Of a stretch of DNA of 64,000 nucleotides, positions 38,672-47,322 are shown piece after piece (positions within the stretch are counted from its first letter, which is position 1; each line of letters opens with the position of its first letter). This DNA comes from a bacterium. Its GTDB lineage: Bacteria; Electryoneota; RPQS01. Under the pieces are notes generated by a model that saw only the letters and a list, made by a program, of their open reading frames with translations, had not been told where the DNA came from and ran no database searches. Position numbers and translations under genes: made by a program. The stretch is taken from positions 4,957-68,956 of the forward strand of contig JAHDVH010000002.1 in the NCBI GenBank assembly GCA_023382385.1, read 5' to 3'.

Positions 38672-41600
38672 ATGAAACGTGCGCTTGTTGTACTGCCTGC
38701 TGTGCTTTGCTTGCTTTGTGCACAATATTTGCGTGCCGGTGAGATCGCTCCCGACTTAGCAGAGAGATGGAGCAAAGTCGCGCCGGACGAGAAGGTAAAT
38801 GCGATATTCCACTTGTGGGAACGCGTTGACCTGCGAGAATTGGATATCACACTCCGCGACCTGCGCGTAACCCGCCAGCAGCGGCATCAAATTGTCATTG
38901 AGGAACTGCAGCGTGTGGCTCGGGAGACACAACCTCCCTTGCTGGCTGACCTTGAAGCGATGCTCAACCAAGGTGAGATTGACGGTTTCACGGCCTATTG
39001 GATCACAAACTGTGTCGTGGTGAAAGGTCCGCGTGAGACGATGGAGAACCTTGCCAAGCACGACCTTGTCCAATGGGTTGAAGCTGTACCTGTTCCTGAG
39101 TTGATTGCCCCCGTAGTCATCAGTGATCGCACACCACGCCAGCCGCTGGACAGCCGCACGCAGGGTGTCAACGCACTGCGCGCACCTCAGGTATGGTACG
39201 AGTTGGGTTACACGGGCGCGGGCAGACTTGTCGCCAACATGGATACTGGTGTGGACGGCAATCATCAAGCACTCGGGTCGCGCTGGCGCGGAAACCATGC
39301 TCCGCACGCACACTGCTGGTTAGACGTACTTGGAGGCGGTTCACAAACCCCGCAAGATGCACAAAGTCACGGCACCCACGTGATGGGAACAATCTGCGGA
39401 ACGGGCGGCCCGTCTTCCCAGTTTGACACCGTAGGTGTAGCACCGGGCGCGGAGTGGATTGCCATGAATGCGATAGGCGGTTTCGGTGCAGACTTCAACA
39501 GCGACGTCTTGCAGGGGTATCAGTGGTTTGCTGATCCCGATGGCAATCCCGGCACAATTGAGGACGTGCCGGATGTTATTCAGAACTCCTGGGGTGTATA
39601 CGGCGGTTTCGCTGGATACACGGATTGCTTCCAATTCTGGAACGACGCGATCATCGCCTGCGAGACCGCAGGTACGGTGGTGGTATTCTCTGCCGGAAAC
39701 GAAGGTCCTGCGCCTGCTTCACACCGCAGCCCGGCCAATATTGCTATCGATTCTGTCACGTTCTTTTCGGTTGGAGCCGTCAACGCGAACAGTTTTCCGA
39801 ACGCCCCCTACCCAGTCGTCGGGTTTTCAAGTCGTGGACCGAGCGATTGCGATGCAACGGCCATCAAGCCTGAAGTAGTTGCCCCGGGTGAAGATGTCTA
39901 TTCAAGCATCCCGGGAAACAACTATGGCAGCATGAGCGGCACGTCCATGGCAGGACCACACGTTGCGGGTATCGTCGCACTGATGCGTGAGGCGAATCCA
40001 AATGCGGATGTTCGTGAAATCAAAGGAGTCTTGTTGCAGACGGCAATTGATTACGCACCCACAGGTGACGATAATACCTCTGGCCGCGGATTCGTCGACG
40101 CTTACGAAGCAGTTCTGCTGATATCCGCGAACCGCGGATGGCTGGTGGGACAAATCACCAATGCAAATAATAATCAGCCGATTTCCGGTGCACGCGTGCA
40201 AGCGGGAGAGAATTTCGTCCGCTTCAGCGATTCACAGGGCAATTATCGCATCTCGCTGCCTGCTGATTCGACTCTGCCAATCACCGTCACGGCATTCGGC
40301 TATGCGGCGTTTTCAACGTCAATGTCCGTTGCTGACTCCGACACCGTTACACTGAATATCCAGATGAATCCGGTCGCTTCGGGCACGTTGAACGGCACGG
40401 TGCTGATCGCAGACGATGTACCTCTGCAGGGTGCGAACATCACGCCGCAAGGAATTCCTGTTGGGCCGTTGCAATCTGATGTGAACGGATTCTTCAGCTA
40501 TTCCCTGCCGGGCAATAATACCTATTCATTCAGAATCACTTTCCAGGACATCACGATTGACACCTCGTTTGCAATTCCCGTGGATGGAACGGTCAACGCT
40601 GTCATTCGCATGGCTTCACAGCATTCGCAACCTACCGGACCGGATTCGTACGGATATCGTGCCTACGAGCGGTTTGACTATGGTTTGACCGCACCGTATG
40701 CGTGGGCTGACATGACCAACGCGACAGTCGTTCCGATGCTGGACATCTTGAATGTCTCCGCTTTCATTGAAATGCCGTTCCCCTTCTGTTTTTACGGTGA
40801 GCGCTATGATTCAGTGACCATCAACGAGAACGGGTGGGTGGCCCCCGGCGGCGACGAACCGGATCGCCGTGCGAACAATACTCCTATTCCCAATGTGGCA
40901 GGCCCTGCGGGCATGCTCGCTTTGTATTGGGACGATCTGACGCGGCGAGCAGGTCAAACCCCGTCGCGCCTGCTGACTCGCTATGACGAGCAAGCAGGAG
41001 TGTTCATTATCGAGTACAGGAACTTCATCTTCGCTTTGGACACGACCAGACGATTCACCGGACAGATTCACATCTTCAATCAGGAAGTCTGGCCGACACC
41101 CACCGGCGATTGTGAGATCATGTTTGTTTACGACGAACTGGGTGTGCTGAACGCCGCAACTATTGGAATCGAAAATCCTGCAGAAAACACGGGCGTGTTG
41201 TATCGCTACAATGCGAATCAGGATCCCACGACTTTTGCGCTTGAGCGAGGCACTGCGATTCTCTTTACCACGCGAACCAGTGTGAGAACGCTCGGCAATT
41301 TGACTGGAACAATTACGACACATCCTGCCATTACGCAGGCAATTCCCAACGGTGTGCGGCTCGGGAATGCCTTGGCACAAGTGTCTACAAACGGTTCGTA
41401 CTCCTTCAACAACGTGTTCGCGGGACCGCGAACGTTGCGTGTCCAGATACCTGGGTACGAGCAGATGGCATTTTTCGCAACTCTGGTTACCAATCAGACA
41501 ACTACCCTTAACGCAGACGTTTGGCGACTGGATCCGCCAACCGGTTTCTCCTACTCTCAGGCAGAGGATTCGCTGTTCTTGAGTTGGCAGCCCCCCGTGA

Positions 41601-42076
41601 GTGTTGGCGGGCTGGATGAGCACCAAGGCTATGTCATCTACTTTGACACAAACGTGCTGGACACGACTGCGGCGTTGAGCTACACGACGCGTATTCCGGG
41701 CGTAGACTTTCACATGTATTGGGTGACCGCACTGTACGATGGCGGCGAAAGTCTGCCGACCGACACTATCATCGTTCAGCGTCTTGCGGCCGATGAAACG
41801 GCGGGAATTCCGACAGAATTTGCGATGTCTCCGGCCTATCCGAATCCCTTCAACCCGTCGACCTCTTTGAATGTCTCACTTCCGCAGTCGGCGGAGTTAA
41901 GCCTGCGTATTTATGATATCGTGGGCCGTGAGGTGGCAGTCATTGCCCAAGGTCGATTCCAGCCAGGAAACTATCGTATGACTTGGAACGCCGAAGGCTC
42001 TGCCACTGGTGTTTACTTCGCTCGCCTTGAGTCTCCGTTGGGATCAAAACTTCAAAAACTGCTGCTGCTTAAATAG
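38672..42076 (+). CDS. Secreted S8 subtilisin-family peptidase, multidomain, with NIDO-like domain, FN3-like module and C-terminal T9SS sorting domain
   Basis: Signal peptide MKRALVVLPAVLCLLCAQYLRAG. Catalytic motifs ANMDTGVD, HGTHVMGTI and GTSMAGPHVAG. Carboxypeptidase-regulatory-like Ig folds. NIDO-like block FPFCFYGERYDSVTINENGW...LYWDDL. C terminus LSLRIYDIVGREVAVIAQGRF...YFARLES...KLLLLK, typical of the T9SS CTD. Confidence 0.85.
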   Translation: MKRALVVLPAVLCLLCAQYLRAGEIAPDLAERWSKVAPDEKVNAIFHLWERVDLRELDITLRDLRVTRQQRHQIVIEELQRVARETQPPLLADLEAMLNQGEIDGFTAYWITNCVVVKGPRETMENLAKHDLVQWVEAVPVPELIAPVVISDRTPRQPLDSRTQGVNALRAPQVWYELGYTGAGRLVANMDTGVDGNHQALGSRWRGNHAPHAHCWLDVLGGGSQTPQDAQSHGTHVMGTICGTGGPSSQFDTVGVAPGAEWIAMNAIGGFGADFNSDVLQGYQWFADPDGNPGTIEDVPDVIQNSWGVYGGFAGYTDCFQFWNDAIIACETAGTVVVFSAGNEGPAPASHRSPANIAIDSVTFFSVGAVNANSFPNAPYPVVGFSSRGPSDCDATAIKPEVVAPGEDVYSSIPGNNYGSMSGTSMAGPHVAGIVALMREANPNADVREIKGVLLQTAIDYAPTGDDNTSGRGFVDAYEAVLLISANRGWLVGQITNANNNQPISGARVQAGENFVRFSDSQGNYRISLPADSTLPITVTAFGYAAFSTSMSVADSDTVTLNIQMNPVASGTLNGTVLIADDVPLQGANITPQGIPVGPLQSDVNGFFSYSLPGNNTYSFRITFQDITIDTSFAIPVDGTVNAVIRMASQHSQPTGPDSYGYRAYERFDYGLTAPYAWADMTNATVVPMLDILNVSAFIEMPFPFCFYGERYDSVTINENGWVAPGGDEPDRRANNTPIPNVAGPAGMLALYWDDLTRRAGQTPSRLLTRYDEQAGVFIIEYRNFIFALDTTRRFTGQIHIFNQEVWPTPTGDCEIMFVYDELGVLNAATIGIENPAENTGVLYRYNANQDPTTFALERGTAILFTTRTSVRTLGNLTGTITTHPAITQAIPNGVRLGNALAQVSTNGSYSFNNVFAGPRTLRVQIPGYEQMAFFATLVTNQTTTLNADVWRLDPPTGFSYSQAEDSLFLSWQPPVSVGGLDEHQGYVIYFDTNVLDTTAALSYTTRIPGVDFHMYWVTALYDGGESLPTDTIIVQRLAADETAGIPTEFAMSPAYPNPFNPSTSLNVSLPQSAELSLRIYDIVGREVAVIAQGRFQPGNYRMTWNAEGSATGVYFARLESPLGSKLQKLLLLK

Positions 42077-42099
42077 CGATGCAGTCCGTTCGAGTTCGA

Positions 42100-42130
42100 A
42101 AAGGCCGAGTACAGACTCGGCCTTTTCATT
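42100..42130 (+). terminator. Rho-independent terminator
   Basis: Hairpin aaaggccgagt-acag-actcggccttt followed by a T-rich run, immediately downstream of the S8 gene. Confidence 0.6.
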
Positions 42131-42525
42131 TCCCTCTTTTCGCGGGACAGGCGAGCCGTCCTGACCTGCCTTCCAGAGCAAACCTCAAAACGTCTCTTCC
42201 AGCTTGAGAACAAAACTTGACCTCTCCTCTCCGATTTAACGGGTCCGGAGCGTTGCACATTATCTCCTTTTTCAGTTTAGAATAGTAGAAACAGTAATTT
42301 AATTTTTATATTGTTCATGAGGATTTCGCTCTTTTTCGTTGAAACCCGTTGCTCAGAGCATTGCTTGGAAGTAAATTGTGGTAGCGACTGGTCCTCCTCC
42401 CTGCATTGCGCCCGCCCCATTCGTCCCTTCTCCTACCGCTTCTTGGTGTATTTGCGCCATGTGAATTCCGGCAGGGCTTTTTTGAATTTGAAATAAAGAT
42501 ATATAAGTCGATTAAGGGTGCCGAT

Positions 42526-44876
42526 ATGAGACACTTGCTTGCAATTCTGGTTGTAGCCGCGAACGCTCTCGCCATACCACAACTCATCAACTACCAAGGT
42601 CAACTTAACGGAACGGGCGGCATTCCACTGGACACAACAGTATCCATGACGATGCGACTATATGACGGGCCGGGGGGAGCTGCGACCCTGTTGTGGACAG
42701 AAGCACATCCCGCAGTTGCAGTACAAGGCGGCCTGTTTGACCTCACCCTCGGTTCTATTACCGCTCTAAACCTTAGCCTGATGAACAACACGGAAGTCTG
42801 GCTCGGTGTAACCATTGGAAATGATTCGGAAATGACTCCGCGTGAGCGCATCGTTGCGGTTGGCTACAGTTTCCGAGTTGGCACTGTGGATGGAGCAAGC
42901 GGCGGGAGTGTCACAAGCGACCTAATTGTCACAGGTCGCGGGACGTTTGGAAGCGGAAACACAAACTCGGGAACGAATGGCTTTGTTGCCGGTGGTTCCA
43001 ACTCCGCTTCCCAACAATATACGGTTATCAGCGGTGGTTCCGAGAATGCAATCAGCAGTCAATGGAGCACCATTTCCGGTGGCAGACTTAATAGTGTGAC
43101 CGGAAACTGGGGAGCTATAGGTGGCGGTTTGTCGAACAGTGTTTCCGCCCCGTATGGCACTATCGCAGGCGGTCAGGACAATCTTGCAGGCGCAAACAAC
43201 GCTGCGGTCGGTGGCGGACGCAACAATTATGCACGTGGATTGCAAAGCGTCGTTGCAGGCGGAGGTGGGCTTGCGGCGGATTCAAACAGTGCGCAAGGAG
43301 CAGCCAGCACCATCAGCGGCGGGTTGCGTAATCTCGCCATAGGAACGCAAGCAACTGTTGCGGCGGACGGAACAACAAGGCACGCGGAAACTATTCCACG
43401 ATATCTGGTGGCGGCGGATCGGTCGCAGCTGACTCTAATAGTGCCCAAGGGACTGCAAGCACAATAGGCGGCGGCGTGAGAAACGTAGCCTCACAGGCAA
43501 ACTCCGCAGTCGGTGGCGGTGCAAACAATTCTGCACTCGGTTCGCATTCCACGATAAGCGGTGGTGAGTTCAACTATACGACCGGTTCTCACTCTTTTAT
43601 CGGTAGTGGCTTCTCAAACACGGTGTCGGATTCCTTCGCGACAATCGCAGGCGGAACTTTGAATTACGCTCCGGGGAAGTATTCAACTGTAGCAGGGGGA
43701 TATGGCAACGACGCCCGTTCAACGGGTTCAACGATTGCCGGAGGATATTCGAATGAAATTGGAGACACAAGTTTCTACGGCGCGATTGGCGGCGGCCAGG
43801 AGAACGCTACTGGAGCGCGACATGCGACCGTTGGCGGCGGATGGCAGAACTCTGCCAGTGGCGTTTGGAGTACAGCCGGCGGAGGCAGACAGAACTCTGC
43901 CAGTGGCGCGTTAAGTACCATCGGTGGAGGCGGAGAGAACCAGGCCCAGGGATTACTCTCATTTGTGGGCGGAGGAAGCAATAATACTGCGGGGAACTTC
44001 TCAACTGTTGGGGGTGGCAGCAGTAATGTTGCAGGGCCAACTTCGTTTGTTGGAGGAGGATCCACGAATGTTGCATCGGGCTATGTGAGCGTCATTACAG
44101 GTGGATTTCGCAACCAGGCAATGGGGGACTATTCGACAGTGAGTGGCGGCGACAGCAACATAGCGGCCGGAACTAATGCAACAGTGGGCGGAGGACTACA
44201 GAACAAGGCGCGAGGCAATTACTCCGTCGTGTCGGGAGGCGGCGGGATCGCAATCGATTCGAACTTGGCGAGCGGAAACTACAGCGTTGTGGCTGGAGGA
44301 CGGCGCAACGAAGCAGGTGGAATCGAGAGTTTTGTTGCTGGAGGGTATCGCAATCGTGCCTCAGGTGCAACATCTTTCGCTGCAGGTGGTCAGGCCAACG
44401 CAAGTCACAATGAGTCGTTCGTTTGGTCAAGCGGCGGCGCGACAAACTCTACAGGTAACGGAACAGTGACCATGCGTGCAACAGGAGGTTACACGTTCTA
44501 TTCGGCCGGAGGTAACACGGGAGCAACGCTCCCTGCCAATCAATCGGCATGGGTGTCAATCAGTGACTCGACACTGAAGCACCGTTACGGCCAAGTGGAA
44601 ACGAGCGATGTTTTGACGAAACTCGCAAACCTGCCTGTCGAAACGTGGAGCTACAAGCACGACGAGCACAACATTCTTCACATGGGTCCTATGGCGCAGG
44701 ACTTCCGGAACGCCTTTGGATTGGGCAATGACGATACGGGAATCTCCACGATAGACGCAGATGGCGTATTGTTCGCCGCTGTACAGGAACTGGCGAAAGA
44801 AAATGCGGGACTCAAGGAGCGCGTTGCCGACCTTGAAAAACTCGTGCAGCAGATGATTCTACTTGGACAGAAGTAA
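42526..44876 (+). pseudogene. Fibre-like secreted protein paralog 1 (Hep_Hag/YadA-head-like Gly-rich repeats plus C-terminal S74 intramolecular chaperone domain), interrupted by a 1-bp frameshift near 43365
   Basis: The ATG at 42526 is followed by signal peptide MRHLLAILVVAANALA and the conserved IPQLINYQGQL N-domain. The first reading frame ends at 43467 with a non-repeat tail. The +2 frame continues the repeat pattern (GGRNNKARGNYSTISGGGGSVAADSNSAQG) straight into the 43476..44876 ORF. One G appears to be missing in gcgg-cggacgg when compared with the repeat consensus. The C terminus carries SDSTLKHRYG...HMGPMAQDF...IDADGVLFAAVQEL. Confidence 0.55.
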
Positions 44877-44901
44877 CTACTAGCTCGTCGAAAAGGAGAC
44901 T

Positions 44902-47310
44902 ATGATGAAGCATTATCTCATTCTACTCATTCTCGCTGCGAATGCCCTTGCGATTCCACAGCTAATCAACTATCAAGGCCAATTAACTTCGCCAAGTGGC
45001 ATTCCGCTCGATACGACTGTTGTGATGACATTCCGCCTCTACGGAACAGAAAGCGGCGGTACGGCGATATGGATGGAGACACATCCGGCGGTAGCGGTGT
45101 CCGATGGTCATTTCAACGTGCTGCTCGGATCGGTGACAGCACTTCTTGACTCATTCTCGATAGACCGTTGGCTGGGTATCACGATAGGAGCAGACACTGA
45201 AATGAGTCCGCGCCAGCAAATCGTTTCTGTTGCGCATGCCTATCGCGTGGGAACGGTCGATGGAGCGAGCGGCGGAACCATTATCGGTGACGTGATCGGC
45301 ACGGGCAAGGGAACCTTTGGTTCGCAGAGTATCGCATCGGGAGTTGGTGCAACGGTTTCAGGTGGTTCAGGAAACATCGCCAGCGGAAACTACTCAACTA
45401 CCAGCGGAGGACAAGACTGCGCTGCCAGCGCACAACATGCTACAGTCTCTGGCGGTCGCGGAAACTTCGCGCGCGGCGTGAGAAGTGGCATTCTCAGCGG
45501 AGGCGGATTGGCCTCAGATTCTAATAGTGTTCAGGGAATCGCCAGTGCAATCGTCGCAGGCTCGGGTAATCTGGTAACCAGTGACTATGCGCTGATCGGC
45601 GGGGGGAGAAACAATCGCGCGCGCGGTATCTTCAGCGTGGTAGCGGGCGGAGGTGGAACCACAGCTGCGGACTCCAACGCGGCCGTAAGTAGTTATGCGA
45701 CAGTTGGCGGAGGAACAAGAAACTTCGCAGCGGGTGTGGGTTCGACAGTTGGAGGAGGAACTGGCAACATTTCATCCGGTGGAAACACGAGCGTGGCGGG
45801 TGGACAGAACAATATTGCAACTTCACAGGGTGCCGCCATCGGTGGAGGGTATAATAATCGCGCACGTTCGAACTATGCTTTCGTCGGCGGAGGTGGTGGT
45901 GCGCTGGAGGCGGACTCCAATAGCGCACACGGGCCTTACAGTGTTATAGCTGGCGGGCGCGGTAACTTCACCAATGGCGCAACTGCGGTCATAGGAGGTG
46001 GTTTTGACAATGAAGCTCTCAATAACAATACGGTGATTGCCGGCGGATCTGCAAACACTGTTCAGAGTGATGGAGGCGCGATTCTTGGTGGCCTGTCTAA
46101 TATCGTTGCGGCTCAATACTCCGTTGTTGCCGGGGGGCGCAACAATCGAGCGCGCGGCAGCTATAGCTTCATCGGTGGTGGTGGTGGAGTCAGCCTCGCA
46201 GATTCCAATTCCGTGCAACAATTTGCCAATAACAGCGTGGTAGTCGGCGGTGCCAGAAATTCAGTTGGTAGTGCGAACTCTTGCGTAGTTGCAGGCTTTG
46301 CGAACAGCGTTACAGGTACCTCGTCCGGTATCTTAGGTGGCCAAAGCAACAGCGTGACCGCAGATTATTCTGTGATTGCAGGTGGGAATGCGAATTCGAA
46401 TACGACCTTCTATAGTTTTATTGGCGCAGGACGCAACAACGTCAGCCGCGGCCAGTATAGCGTAATCGGAGGTGGCGGAGGAGTTACTGCCGCAGACTCC
46501 AATGCAACGTCCGCGAACTTTAGCGCTATCTTAGGCGGCTCGCGCAATTTCACATCGGGGCTCTATTCAGCAATCGGCGGCGGTTACCAGAATTCAGCCT
46601 CAGGCTATGCCGCTCATGTTGCAGGCGGCTTCAATAGTTCTGCCAGTGGCGACTCTTCCTGTGTGGGTGGCGGTTCAGGAAATTCGGCGTCAGGAATTGC
46701 TTCCGTCATCGGAGGCGGTTACAGCAATAGTGCGAGCGGTTTTGCAGCAACTATTCCCGGTGGATATGACTGCACCGCGAGCGCACGCTATTCGTTCGCG
46801 GCAGGAAGACGGGCGATTGCCAATGACGTTGGAGCATTCGTCTGGGCCGACTCGACCAATTCATCCTTTCTCTCACCTGGCGTAAACACCTTTAGCGTGC
46901 GTGCCAGCGGTGGAACATTTATCTATTCAAACAGCGCACTGTCTGCAGGCGTCTCGCTTGCCCCCGGCACAGGCTCTTGGGCATCCGTTTCGGATTCTGC
47001 GCTAAAGGAAAACTTCCGCAACATCAAAACGGAGGAGATTCTCGACAAAGTCTCCTCCTTGCGAATTCGTGAATGGAACTACATTGCGCAGGAAGACTCC
47101 ATCCGCCACATGGGACCGATGGCACAGGACATGTACGCTCAGTTCCGGTTGGGTGGCAGCGAAAAGACAATTGAAACCATTGACGCCGATGGCGTATTGT
47201 TCGCCGCGGTGCAGGAATTGGCGAAGCGCAGCGCGAAGCAGGCAGAAGAGATTGCCGAACTCAAGCAGCTTGTGAGTCAGCTAATTCAATTCGGTCACAA
47301 ACCGGAATAA
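44902..47310 (+). CDS. Fibre-like secreted protein paralog 2: conserved N-domain, ~15-residue Gly/Ser/Asn-rich beta-roll-like repeats, C-terminal peptidase-S74 (endosialidase/tail-fibre intramolecular chaperone) domain
   Basis: AAGGAG ribosome-binding site before the ATG. Signal peptide MMKHYLILLILAANALA. N-domain IPQLINYQGQLTSPSG...RWLGITIGADTEMSPRQQIVSVAHAYRVGTVDGASGGTI. More than 30 repeats of the type YSVIAGGxxNxAxGx. C-terminal SDSALKENFRNI (Ser-x4-Lys dyad), HMGPMAQD, IDADGVLFAAVQELAK and a final coiled-coil-like stretch. Confidence 0.8.
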   Translation: MMKHYLILLILAANALAIPQLINYQGQLTSPSGIPLDTTVVMTFRLYGTESGGTAIWMETHPAVAVSDGHFNVLLGSVTALLDSFSIDRWLGITIGADTEMSPRQQIVSVAHAYRVGTVDGASGGTIIGDVIGTGKGTFGSQSIASGVGATVSGGSGNIASGNYSTTSGGQDCAASAQHATVSGGRGNFARGVRSGILSGGGLASDSNSVQGIASAIVAGSGNLVTSDYALIGGGRNNRARGIFSVVAGGGGTTAADSNAAVSSYATVGGGTRNFAAGVGSTVGGGTGNISSGGNTSVAGGQNNIATSQGAAIGGGYNNRARSNYAFVGGGGGALEADSNSAHGPYSVIAGGRGNFTNGATAVIGGGFDNEALNNNTVIAGGSANTVQSDGGAILGGLSNIVAAQYSVVAGGRNNRARGSYSFIGGGGGVSLADSNSVQQFANNSVVVGGARNSVGSANSCVVAGFANSVTGTSSGILGGQSNSVTADYSVIAGGNANSNTTFYSFIGAGRNNVSRGQYSVIGGGGGVTAADSNATSANFSAILGGSRNFTSGLYSAIGGGYQNSASGYAAHVAGGFNSSASGDSSCVGGGSGNSASGIASVIGGGYSNSASGFAATIPGGYDCTASARYSFAAGRRAIANDVGAFVWADSTNSSFLSPGVNTFSVRASGGTFIYSNSALSAGVSLAPGTGSWASVSDSALKENFRNIKTEEILDKVSSLRIREWNYIAQEDSIRHMGPMAQDMYAQFRLGGSEKTIETIDADGVLFAAVQELAKRSAKQAEEIAELKQLVSQLIQFGHKPE

Positions 47311-47322
47311 CATTGGGTAGAC

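Noticed and set aside
40811-41713. 300-aa minus-strand ORF, and other antisense ORFs (e.g. 3047..3436, 28224..28907, 55142..55984, 57292..58209, 58064..59235, 52057..52722), inside large well-supported genes.
   Set aside because: These are shadow ORFs typical of high-GC DNA. They have no motifs, Arg/Ser-rich composition, and full overlap with genes whose catalytic motifs are intact on the opposite strand or frame.
42440-42490. Possible attenuator/terminator-like element (GC-rich segment followed by TTTTTT) in the leader of the fibre operon.
   Set aside because: I could not find a convincing complementary stem. There is only a 6-bp GAATTC palindrome before ggcagggcttttttg, so I did not call it. 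It could still be a weak regulatory element; RNA folding of 42400..42525 would settle it.
45290-46830. Highly periodic nucleotide repeats that could be mistaken for a CRISPR array or non-coding tandem repeats.
   Set aside because: The periodicity (~45 nt) is imperfect and lies entirely inside long ORFs. It translates into the Gly/Ser/Asn-rich 15-aa protein repeats. There are no invariant direct repeats with unique spacers and no cas genes.
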